Below, piece after piece: positions 29,604-37,588 of a stretch of 37,588 nucleotides of DNA. The notes beneath the pieces are model-generated. The model worked only from the letters and a program-made list of their open reading frames with translations. It searched no databases and was not told the origin of the DNA. The first letter of the stretch is position 1. Each line of letters opens with the position of its first letter. Origin of the DNA: Gemmatimonadota bacterium (GTDB lineage: Bacteria > Gemmatimonadota > Gemmatimonadetes > Gemmatimonadales > GWC2-71-9). The position numbers and the translations under genes are program-made. The DNA lies in the NCBI GenBank assembly GCA_003221005.1, contig QHTZ01000083.1:1-37588 (forward strand), written 5' to 3'.

Positions 29604-31095
29604 ATCCGCCGTCCCGGCGAGCGAGATCGGCGGGCGCGCCTATGCGGCGTACGCCCTCGGTCTGCTCACGCTGATCAATTTCCTCAACTACACCGACCGG
29701 AACGTCGTCTTCGCGCTGTTCGAGCCGATCAAGCGCGAGCTCGCCCTCTCCGATCAGCGGCTCGGCTGGCTCGGCTCGGCGTACGTGATCGTCCTGTCGC
29801 TCGCCGCGCTGCCGCTTGGCGTGCTGGGCGACTTGAAGTCGCGGCGGGCGGTCATCGCGTTCGGCGTCGGGCTGTGGAGTGTCTGCACCGCGCTCGGCGC
29901 GGTGGTCCGGAGCTTCTGGCAGCTGCTCGTGGTGCGCTCGCTCGTGGGGGTGGGAGAAGCGGGATACGGGCCGGCGGCGCAGGCGCTGATCGCGGACTTC
30001 TATCGCGGCCGGCGGCGGGCCTTCGCCATCGGCGTCTACTCCGTGGGCATGGCGTTCGGCGGCGTCGTCGGGATCTGGCTGGGCGGCGTGCTTGCGATCC
30101 GCTACGGGTGGCGCTGGGCATTCGTGGTGATGGGCGCTCCGGGACTCGTCCTCGCCGTGCTCGCCTCGCGGTTGCGGGATCCCGCCCGGCGCCCGCCCGC
30201 GCCGCTCATCCCGACCGTGCGCGCGTGGCTCGAGCGTGGGGTGCCCCAGGCCGCGCGGGTCGCGGCGCCGCTCGTGGTCCTGACCGTCGCCGGAGCGCTC
30301 GCGAGCAGCATCCTCGATCTCTTTCAGCAGCTGCCGCCGAATCTGGACACGGCGGTGTTCGGGGTCGCGGTGAGCGCCGGGATCGTGTGGACCGTGTTCC
30401 GGCTCGTGCCGATCGCCGTGCGGCGCACCACCGAGGCGGGCGACGTGGCGGCGACGGCGTTCGGGGACTTCGTCCACGCAGCGGCCACGGTGCTCCGCAC
30501 GCCGACCTTGATCTGGATCTTCCTCGGCGGTGCCCTTGTCACGTTCGCCGTGAATGGGCTCATCGCTTGGGCGCCCAGCTTTATGCAGCGCACCCATGAC
30601 CTATCGGTCGCGGCGGTGGGCCGCGCCTTCGGCGTCTGGGCGCTCGCCGGCGGCGCGCTCGGCGCGCTGTTCGGGGGCCGGGTCGGGGACCGGCTGCTGG
30701 TGCATTGGAGCGGCGGGCGAGTGCTGGTCTCGGGCGCAGGCTTCGTGCTGGGCGGGCCGGTATGCGTGGGGCTGCTGCTCGTGGACGAGCTGCGGATCTT
30801 CGTGCCGCTCCTGTTCACCACGTTCTTCCTGTACACCTGGTACAACGGGCCGCTCTCGGCCGTCATCCTGGACGTGGTTCCCGGGGCGGTGCGCGCGTCG
30901 GTGCTGGGCGCCTACGTGCTCTTCTCGCATTTGGCGGGCGACGCGATCGCGCCGCCGCTCGTTGGCTACCTCTCCGACCGGATCGGGTTGCGGCCGGCGA
31001 TGCTGCTCCTGCCCACGGCTGGAGCCCTAGGCGGCCTGCTGATCCTGATCGCGCTGACGACGGTGGGGAAGGACATGGCGAGGGTGAGAACGTGA
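29584..31095 (+). CDS. MFS transporter (spinster-like), probable CTG start
   Basis: The frame is open upstream of GTG 29785 and encodes TM1 ([18 protein letters not shown]) and [12 protein letters not shown]. The only plausible start after the in-frame TGA at 29527 is CTG 29584 with GGAGG 6 nt upstream. RSLVGVGEA and LSDRIG motifs present. Confidence 0.88.
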   Translation: MADAPPRSAVPASEIGGRAYAAYALGLLTLINFLNYTDRNVVFALFEPIKRELALSDQRLGWLGSAYVIVLSLAALPLGVLGDLKSRRAVIAFGVGLWSVCTALGAVVRSFWQLLVVRSLVGVGEAGYGPAAQALIADFYRGRRRAFAIGVYSVGMAFGGVVGIWLGGVLAIRYGWRWAFVVMGAPGLVLAVLASRLRDPARRPPAPLIPTVRAWLERGVPQAARVAAPLVVLTVAGALASSILDLFQQLPPNLDTAVFGVAVSAGIVWTVFRLVPIAVRRTTEAGDVAATAFGDFVHAAATVLRTPTLIWIFLGGALVTFAVNGLIAWAPSFMQRTHDLSVAAVGRAFGVWALAGGALGALFGGRVGDRLLVHWSGGRVLVSGAGFVLGGPVCVGLLLVDELRIFVPLLFTTFFLYTWYNGPLSAVILDVVPGAVRASVLGAYVLFSHLAGDAIAPPLVGYLSDRIGLRPAMLLLPTAGALGGLLILIALTTVGKDMARVRT

Positions 31096-32105
31096 AGATC
31101 GCCGTCGTCTTCGACACGCTGCATCCCGAATGGGAGGACGCCGACTACAAGAAGGAGATGGAAGCGAAGGTCGAGGAAGCGGAGTACGACGTGGCCCGGG
31201 CGCTGCTCGAGAACGGCCACGACGTCCGCTTGCTGGGGGTGCAGGAGCACCTGCCACCGCTGCTCGATCGCCTGGGCAGCTTCGGGCCGAAGGTCGTTTT
31301 CAACGGTTGCGAAGGGTTCCGCGGGCATGCGCGGCACGAGTACGCCGTCGCCGGGGTGCTCGAGATGCACGGTTACCGCTATACGGGCTCGTCTCCAACG
31401 GCGCTGCTCGTGGCGCGTAACAAGTCACTCACCAAGAAGATCCTCGCGTACCACGGGATTCGCGTGCCGGCGTTCGCCGAGTGCCACCCCGGCGAGAAGC
31501 CCGTGCGTCCGTCGGAGCTGCGCTTCCCACTGATCGTCAAGCCGCTGCTCGAGGACGCGTCCGTGGGCATCGCGCAGGCGTCCGTCGTGGAAGACGACGC
31601 GAGCCTCGCGGAGCGCGTGAAGTTTGTACACGAGAAATTCAGCCAGGCGGCGATCGTGGAGGAGCTGATCGAAGGACGGGAGCTGTACGTGGGGCTCATC
31701 GGTAACGCGGCGCTCGACGTGCTGCCGATCGTCGAGATGACGTTCGGCGAGGCGGAGACGGGCGAGCACCGCATCGCGACCTACAAGGCGAAGTGGGACG
31801 AGGAATACCGCAAGCGGAAGCGCATCCGCAATGTGTTCGCGAAGGGGCTGTCGGACGAAGTGACGGCCAAGATCACGGAGATCTGCACGACCGCGTTTCA
31901 TGCGCTCTGGCTCCAGGACTACGGCCGGATTGACCTCCGGTTGACGCACGACGAGGAAGTGTACGTGCTCGAGGTGAACCCCAATCCGTTCATCGCGTAC
32001 GAGCACGAGATGGCGAACGCGGCCGAGAAGGCCGGGATGAGCTACCAACAGTTCGTGCAGCGCATCGTGGACGAGGCGCTGAAGCGGGACCATGGCACGG
32101 CGTAG
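31092..32105 (+). CDS. D-Ala-D-Ala ligase-like ATP-grasp enzyme (non-canonical Ddl clade)
   Basis: GTG 31092 overlaps the MFS stop. YTGS, NKxxTK, PLIVKP..EDASVGI, VEELIEGRE, YxAKW, YGRIDLR and LEVNPNP motifs; lacks the canonical Ddl GGxSxE and LHG motifs. Confidence 0.9.
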   Translation: MKIAVVFDTLHPEWEDADYKKEMEAKVEEAEYDVARALLENGHDVRLLGVQEHLPPLLDRLGSFGPKVVFNGCEGFRGHARHEYAVAGVLEMHGYRYTGSSPTALLVARNKSLTKKILAYHGIRVPAFAECHPGEKPVRPSELRFPLIVKPLLEDASVGIAQASVVEDDASLAERVKFVHEKFSQAAIVEELIEGRELYVGLIGNAALDVLPIVEMTFGEAETGEHRIATYKAKWDEEYRKRKRIRNVFAKGLSDEVTAKITEICTTAFHALWLQDYGRIDLRLTHDEEVYVLEVNPNPFIAYEHEMANAAEKAGMSYQQFVQRIVDEALKRDHGTA

Positions 32106-33090
32106 GCGCGAGGTCCCGACGCCCGAGCTGCGGTGCCCGACCTGCCGGGCGGAGCTCGCGCGCTTTTGGGCGTACTGCCCCGACTGCGGGCGTCGCCTCG
32201 AGTGGCGGGACACCGCGCGCCTGACCGGCGCCGAGTGCTACTACTGCCGCTGGGTGGTGTCGGACAGTTTTTCCTTCTGTCCCTGGTGCGGGCGGAACAT
32301 CGCGGACCGCGACTCGAGCGCCGAGCCGCTGAGGGCGCCCAAGGGGTTCCGCTACGACCGCCGCTGCCAGTGGGGCTGCGGCGGCGGCGTGATGTATCCG
32401 ATGCGCCATTGCCCCTGGTGCGGCCGGCGGCAGCGGTGGCGCTACGATCGGTTCCAGAATGTCTGTCCCCACTGCAGTAAGGGCGTGGACGACTGGATGG
32501 ACGTCTGCCCCTGGTGCGGTGAGGACGCGACGGGGCGCGATCTCATCCGTCAGGCGCTGCGCCGCGTGCGGCAGCTGCTCATCGTGTCACGCCTCCGGGA
32601 TTGGCACTACCGCGTGCTGCTGCGGCCCGGCGTGTCCGGGGTCACGCATCGCACGCCCAAGGTGATCGAGATCGAACGGCGTTATGTCACCGGTAAGCGA
32701 TCTCGCGACGAGATCTCCTGGAACATGCTCACCGGCTTGATCCTCCACGAGCTTGGCCATTCCTTCTTGTACCATCACTGGTCGCTGACCCGGACGGGGC
32801 GATTCCGCCGCGCCTTCGGCGAGGTGCGCCAGGCCTACCGTGTCGCCGATTCCAAGTGGGTGGACTTCGAGCGCCGCAGGGTCACCACGACGCTTCCCAA
32901 CTACGTCACGGCCTACGCGGCCACTCACCCGCAGGAGGACTTCGCCGAGACGTTCCGGTTCTACGTGGCGCGGCGGGGCCGGCTGCGGGAGCTGTTTGCG
33001 GAATTCGGGCGGAAGCGGAAGGGCGTCGTGGTGTACGAGAAATTCCTGGCGCTGCACGAGTTCGTGCGGAGCTTGCGGGGATGGCAGTGA
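32092..33090 (+). CDS. Multi-zinc-ribbon protein with C-terminal zincin-like putative metallopeptidase domain
   Basis: Eight Cys pairs (CPTC, CPDC, CYYC, CPWC, CQWGC, CPWC, CPHC, CPWC), then HELGH (HExxH) and YAATHPQEDFAETF. Confidence 0.85.
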   Translation: MARRRREVPTPELRCPTCRAELARFWAYCPDCGRRLEWRDTARLTGAECYYCRWVVSDSFSFCPWCGRNIADRDSSAEPLRAPKGFRYDRRCQWGCGGGVMYPMRHCPWCGRRQRWRYDRFQNVCPHCSKGVDDWMDVCPWCGEDATGRDLIRQALRRVRQLLIVSRLRDWHYRVLLRPGVSGVTHRTPKVIEIERRYVTGKRSRDEISWNMLTGLILHELGHSFLYHHWSLTRTGRFRRAFGEVRQAYRVADSKWVDFERRRVTTTLPNYVTAYAATHPQEDFAETFRFYVARRGRLRELFAEFGRKRKGVVVYEKFLALHEFVRSLRGWQ

Positions 33091-34191
33091 GCTCCCGGTT
33101 CCACGCCAACCTCGCCCGGTTCAGCGTGGTGCTGGGGGTGGTGGCCGCCCTCGTGGTCATCGTGCTCTGGGGGCGCCTGCAGGAGGAGTTCGCCGCTGCC
33201 AGGCGGATGGCGTCTTCCTCCGTGGGCCCCCCCTGACGCCGGTGCCATGCACCGACTCTGTCGGGCCGCGTCCCGGAAGGCCGTTCACCGTTTCCGTCGA
33301 TCCCATCGCCCTGCGCCACGCTCTGGTCACGGGCCTCACGGGCGCAGTCGACTCCGCCCTCACGGAGTACACCAATCGGCTCGCCTGCGACATCCACGCC
33401 GAGTGGAACTTGATGGCGGTCTACGACGCATTCCGAGTCCGCGATCCCGCGCTGCTCGCAGCGCTGGGGCGCTGGGTGGCCGAGGAACCCCAGGCGCCGG
33501 GCCCGCGCATCGCCCGCGCGGCCTACTATACCGAGGCGGGGTGGCGAGCTCGGGACGTGCGGGCGGCGCTCCAGCTCGATCCCCGCGTTCTCGCGGCGTA
33601 CTGGCTCATCATCGAGCACACCCAGGCGGGAGGCCAGAATCGCCTCGGGCGCGTCGTGCTGGATCGGGCGCTGCAGGTGTGGCCCCTGTCGGTCCAGCTG
33701 CGACTGGTCTACATGCACGAGCTGGAGCCGCGCTGGGGCGGCAGTTACGACGCGATGACCGAGCTCGCGATGCAGGCCGAATCCCTCGCCGAGCGCAACC
33801 CCGAGCTACTGGTGCTGTGGGGATACGCCTCATGGGAACGCGGCCGCACGGCGCGCGAAGACGGCGACACAGTGGGGAGCGTCGCGTGGTTCGACGAGGC
33901 CGTCACCCACGGCACCGACCCGCTCTTCCTAGCGGATCGGGGGGAGTCGCTAGCTGAGCTGGGACGACTGGAGGCCGCCGCCGCCGACTTCGATCGCGCC
34001 CTCACGCTCTGGCCCGCATACGCCTAGGCGTATCAAGAGCGCGCCATCGGGCTGGCCACGTTCGCCGAGCACCTGTCCGGCAACAGTCGGGCGAGTCTCA
34101 TGGCCCGGGCGCTGAACGACTTGGTACCGCGGACCGGCTGAGCCCAGGCGACCCCGTGACCGAGTGGTGGATCGCTTACATGTCTCAATAA
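33087..34191 (+). pseudogene. Disrupted DUF4034/TPR-like membrane-anchored protein
   Basis: An N-terminal TM-bearing frame (33087-33236) shifts frame at a C7 run (33227-33233) into a frame with W..EEP, GWRAR and LEPRWGGS plus TPR-like helices. There is an in-frame TAG at 34025 within P-AYA*AYQER and a probable further frameshift near 34122, ending at TAA 34189-34191. Confidence 0.72.
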
Positions 34192-34212
34192 GCCGCGGCC
34201 GTCCGCGCCGAC

Positions 34213-34677
34213 TCAGTAGAGCGTGATGTTCAGCCCCGCGAGCAGCTGGAATTGCGACACGCCGTGCCGCAGCGAGCGACCCTCTAGGTACGGGTGCGTG
34301 ACGCCGCGGCGCGATTCCAACCCGAACAAGAGATCCCATCCGGTGTCCGTTGCGCTCGCGCCGCCAGCACTCGAGTGGAATACGTTGACTCCGCCGCCGA
34401 AGTAGAGATCCGTCGCTGGCGCCACCGGAAACCGGACCTTCACGTCGCCGCTGAAAGCGAGCAGCGACCCTCCCGTCGCGACGTAATAATCGAACGACGG
34501 ATACAACTCGATGGACGGCGCGATCGGCAGCAACATCTGAGCGCCGGCCAGCCCGCGATCGCGGTCGAAGTTGTAACCCCCATGCGCGCCGATGTGCGCC
34601 CGCTGGGCTTGCAGGGGAGCAGCGAGCAGACCAGCGAGGAGCGCTCCCGCGACTGCGGTCCACGCTTGCAGCTTCAT
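34213..34677 (-). CDS. Small outer-membrane beta-barrel protein (OmpA/Opa-like, about 8 strands)
   Basis: Signal peptide ending PLQA-Q, alternating amphipathic strands (IGAHGGYNF, LYFGGGV, PYLEGR) and a C-terminal aromatic residue. AAGGAGG RBS. Confidence 0.82.
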   Translation of the reverse strand: MKLQAWTAVAGALLAGLLAAPLQAQRAHIGAHGGYNFDRDRGLAGAQMLLPIAPSIELYPSFDYYVATGGSLLAFSGDVKVRFPVAPATDLYFGGGVNVFHSSAGGASATDTGWDLLFGLESRRGVTHPYLEGRSLRHGVSQFQLLAGLNITLY

Positions 34678-34751
34678 GGTTCCCTCCTTCCGACGGGGCC
34701 CGCCAGCAAGATGCCGCGCGTCGGGGAAGGGTAACGGCCACAGGGTGGCGC

Positions 34752-36449
34752 CTACGCACCGTCCGCCGAGCTCACCCGGGGAACCTCCTTCAGAAACGCA
34801 CGCGCCCGCTTGACCTCCGCCGCGTAGGCCGCGACTTCCTCCTCCTGCCGCGATCGATCCCAGTTCAACAGTTGAGCCATGCGCGCGGCGACCGCGGGCG
34901 CCGCTCCGGTCCCGTGGGCCGGATCCTCGTAAAAGAGATGCAGCCGTCGGACGAGCAAATCGGTGAGCCGCACCGCCATCTCCCGCTCGACCGTGTGCAC
35001 CACCTCGGCCCAGATCTCGGGGCGCCCCGGCAGAATCGCCTTGCCCAGCGAGCGGTCCCCGTCCACGAGATTCAGCACGCCCGCCGCCTCGCTCCCGTAA
35101 TGGCGCACCAGGTGGCGCGCAAGCGTCTCCGAGATCTCGCGCGCCCGCAGGGCCTCGACCAGCACGTCGAGGTCGCCCGTCTCTCCGCCCGGGAGCGGTA
35201 AGTGGTCGGTTGCCGGGCGGCGGGGCAGGGGACGGCCGTCCAGGGCGCGCAGCCGCTGCGCCACGCGGTCAACGACGTCGCGCCCCATGACGCGGTACGT
35301 CGTGAGCTTGCCCCCGGCGATCGTGATCAGGCCGCTCGGCGCCTCGACCACGCGGTGCTCGCGCGAAACCTGCGAGGTCGAGAGGTCGCGATCCGCGGGG
35401 GGGGCGAGCAGCGGCCGCAGGCCCGCCCACGTGGCCACGACGTCCCGCGGCGCGAGGCGCGCATCGGGGAACCGGGCGTTGGCCGAGCGGAGCAGGTACA
35501 CGACGTCCGCACCGCTCGCACGAACGTCGTCGGGCGACGCGGCGTCATCCGTGTCGGTCGTGCCGATGTAGCTGAGCTCTCCCCACGGCAGCACGAACAT
35601 GACACGGCCGTCCACCGGCGAGATGAGCGTGACGGCGTGGGCGTGACCGATCCGGGCGCGCGGCACGGCCACGTGTGTCCCCTTGGTCGGCCGCAGCAGC
35701 GGCGGCGCGTGCGGATCGTCGGTCGAGCGCACGGCGTCGACCCACGGGCCGGTGGCGTTTACCACGGTGAGGGCGCGTACCGTGTGCGTCCGCCCGTCGA
35801 GTGTGTCCCGCACCGCCGCGCCACGCACGGCGCCGTCGGACTTGAGGAACCCCGTGACGGCGGCGTAATTCGCGACCAGGGCGCCGGCCTGGGCGGCGCT
35901 CCGGAGCGTGGCCACGACCAGGCGCGCGTCGTCTGCTTGCGCGTCGTAGTACAGCGCTGCCCCTCGGAGATCCTTGGTCCGCAGCCGGGGCTCGAGCCGG
36001 GCGACCTGCTTGCGGCTCAGCCAGCGATGCAGGTGCGTGTTATGAAACCCGGCGAGCAGATCGTACAGCCACATCCCCACCCGCAACTTCCAGGGCGGTG
36101 GGCGCGAGCCGCGATACACGGGAAACAGGAACGCCAGGGGGCGGACCAGGTGGGGAGCGATCGCGAGCAATACGCGACGCTCGTGCGAGGCTTCGAACAC
36201 GAGATGCAGCTCGCCGTGCTCCAAGTAGCGCAGCCCGCCGTGAATGAGGCGTGAGGAGTGGGACGACGTGGCGCCGCCGAAGTCCCCCTTGTCCACCAGC
36301 GCGGTGCGGATGCCGCGCAGCGCCGCGTCGCGCGCGATCCCCGCGCCCGTGATCCCGCCGCCGATCACGAGCAGGTCCACCGGCTCCGCCGCCATCGCGG
36401 CGAGCGCGCTGGCGCGCGTGCGGTGTGAAAACGGCGTGTCCGTTCTCAA
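34752..36449 (-). CDS. glpD: FAD-dependent glycerol-3-phosphate dehydrogenase
   Basis: IGGGITGAG, TSSHSSRLIHGGLRYLE, DDARL, NATGPW, WAGLRPL, SREH and GGKLTTYR motifs. Confidence 0.95.
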   Translation of the reverse strand: MRTDTPFSHRTRASALAAMAAEPVDLLVIGGGITGAGIARDAALRGIRTALVDKGDFGGATSSHSSRLIHGGLRYLEHGELHLVFEASHERRVLLAIAPHLVRPLAFLFPVYRGSRPPPWKLRVGMWLYDLLAGFHNTHLHRWLSRKQVARLEPRLRTKDLRGAALYYDAQADDARLVVATLRSAAQAGALVANYAAVTGFLKSDGAVRGAAVRDTLDGRTHTVRALTVVNATGPWVDAVRSTDDPHAPPLLRPTKGTHVAVPRARIGHAHAVTLISPVDGRVMFVLPWGELSYIGTTDTDDAASPDDVRASGADVVYLLRSANARFPDARLAPRDVVATWAGLRPLLAPPADRDLSTSQVSREHRVVEAPSGLITIAGGKLTTYRVMGRDVVDRVAQRLRALDGRPLPRRPATDHLPLPGGETGDLDVLVEALRAREISETLARHLVRHYGSEAAGVLNLVDGDRSLGKAILPGRPEIWAEVVHTVEREMAVRLTDLLVRRLHLFYEDPAHGTGAAPAVAARMAQLLNWDRSRQEEEVAAYAAEVKRARAFLKEVPRVSSADGA

Positions 36450-36512
36450 CGATCCTCTGTCTTGGCCACGTCGAGGGCCCGATGGTAGGTTTCGTGCCGG
36501 ACCCCCTCCGTT

Positions 36513-36554
36513 CCCCCTCTCCGCACGGCGGAGAGGGGGTCAGGGGGTGAGGGA
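36513..36554. repeat. REP-like GC-rich palindrome in the glpD/thiolase divergent intergenic region
   Basis: CCCCCTCTCCGC-ACG-GCGGAGAGGGGG forms a perfect 12-bp stem (36513-36539), followed by TCAGGGGGTGAGGGA. Confidence 0.65.
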
Positions 36555-36575
36555 ATCCGACGGGAGGAGAATGTA

Positions 36576-37588
36576 ATGCCAGCCATGAATGGGCGGCGGC
36601 GCGTCGCGGTGATCGCCGGGTGTCGCACGCCGTTCTCCAAAGCGGGCACGGATCTCAAGGACGCGCGCGCGGTGGACCTCGCCCGCCACGCGGCGCGCGA
36701 GCTGCTCGAGCGCACCAACCTCGACGGGCGGGACGTGGATGAGATCGTCTTTGGACAGGTGGTCCCGTCGGCCCTCGTGCCGAATGTGGCGCGCGAAGTG
36801 AGCCTCCTGCCGCAGTTCCCGAAAGAGATTCCCGCTTACTCCCTCAACCGCGCCTGCGCCTCCGCCGCCCAGGCCGTCTCCTCCGCCCAGGACCAGATCG
36901 CCCTGGGAAACGCCGACGTCGCCATCGCAGGTGGCGTGGAGTCGCTCTCCGACATCCCGATCCTCGCCTCGCGACGGCTGGCCGACATCCTCGTCGAGGC
37001 GAGCAAGGCGAAGAGCTTGGGGGCCCGGGTCAGCGCCTTCAGCAAGGTCCGGCCGCGCGACCTGGTGCCCGTGTCGCCCGCCATCGCCGAGCCCTCGACC
37101 GGCGAATCGATGGGGCAGTCCGCGGAGAAGATGGCCAAGGAGAACCACATCACCCGTGAGGCACAGGACCGCTGGGCGCTCCGCAGCCACCGGCTCGCCG
37201 CCCAGGGCACCGACGATGGCCGGCTCAAGGCGGAGATCGTCCCCTGGTTCCCCCAGCGGCCCGGTGCCGCGATCGTCACCGAGGATAACGGCATCCGGCG
37301 TGACACCTCGCTCGAGCAGATGGCGACGCTCAAGCCCGTGTTCGACCGGCGGTACGGCTCGGTGACGGCGGCGAACTCCTCGCCCCTGACCGACGGCGCG
37401 TCGGCGGTGCTGCTGATGGGCGAGGACACGGCGCGGACCATGGGCTACGAGCCGCTCGCCTTCATCCGCTCCTACGCCGTGGCTGCCGTCGATCCGGGGT
37501 GGCAGCTGCTCCAGGCGCCGGTGTGGGCCGTGCCCAAGGCACTCGAGCGGGCCGGGATTCAGTGGAAAGACTTGGGCCTCATCGAGAT
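36576..37588 (+). CDS. Acetyl-CoA C-acyltransferase (thiolase, FadI-like), 5' partial
   Basis: MPAMNGRRRVAVIAGCRTPF, PNVARE, NRACAS (catalytic Cys), GGVES, MGQSAE and VTAANSSPLTDGASAVLLM motifs. GGAGGAG RBS; runs off the window end. Confidence 0.93.
   Translation, partial: MPAMNGRRRVAVIAGCRTPFSKAGTDLKDARAVDLARHAARELLERTNLDGRDVDEIVFGQVVPSALVPNVAREVSLLPQFPKEIPAYSLNRACASAAQAVSSAQDQIALGNADVAIAGGVESLSDIPILASRRLADILVEASKAKSLGARVSAFSKVRPRDLVPVSPAIAEPSTGESMGQSAEKMAKENHITREAQDRWALRSHRLAAQGTDDGRLKAEIVPWFPQRPGAAIVTEDNGIRRDTSLEQMATLKPVFDRRYGSVTAANSSPLTDGASAVLLMGEDTARTMGYEPLAFIRSYAVAAVDPGWQLLQAPVWAVPKALERAGIQWKDLGLIE

Noticed and set aside
31092-32105. Housekeeping ddl or a van-type resistance ligase
   Set aside because: It lacks the canonical D-Ala-binding motifs and has no dcw or van gene context.
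34025-34027. TAG as pyrrolysine or programmed readthrough
   Set aside because: No pyl genes are in the window, TAG is used as a normal stop by other genes here, and additional frameshifts indicate decay.
36571-36578. ATG-TAA start-stop minigene overlapping the thiolase ATG
   Set aside because: The SD spacing fits ATG 36576 better, and there is no evidence of function from sequence alone.

Overview
High-GC (roughly 70%) bacterial chromosomal segment. Gene content and protein style suggest Gemmatimonadota (inference), and mnmG-parS-parAB plus a DnaA-box cluster suggest it lies near the replication origin. In order it holds: the 3' end of an AmmeMemoRadiSam radical SAM gene, a beta-lactamase-family serine hydrolase, a DCC-family thiol oxidoreductase, SufT-like protein, RNase D, a D-cysteine desulfhydrase-like enzyme coupled to a thioesterase/alpha-beta hydrolase fusion, ferredoxin, an autoregulated TetR-cyclase pair, TPP-riboswitch-controlled thiC, a variant peptide deformylase, a MocA-like nucleotidyltransferase, sufBCDSU, an ABC-2 exporter, a four-helix-bundle gene between inverted repeats, mnmG, parS-parA-parB-M23-bactofilin, Nif3/MFS/MBL genes, queG with an unexplained C-terminal domain, a tightly coupled LOG / SpeY-like homospermidine synthase / MFS / Ddl-like ATP-grasp / multi-zinc-ribbon metallopeptidase operon (best candidate for an undescribed system), a decayed DUF4034/TPR-like pseudogene, an outer-membrane beta-barrel, glpD and the 5' part of a thiolase. 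No rRNA, tRNA, CRISPR array or transposase was recognised. All family assignments come from motif recognition by eye, not database searches.
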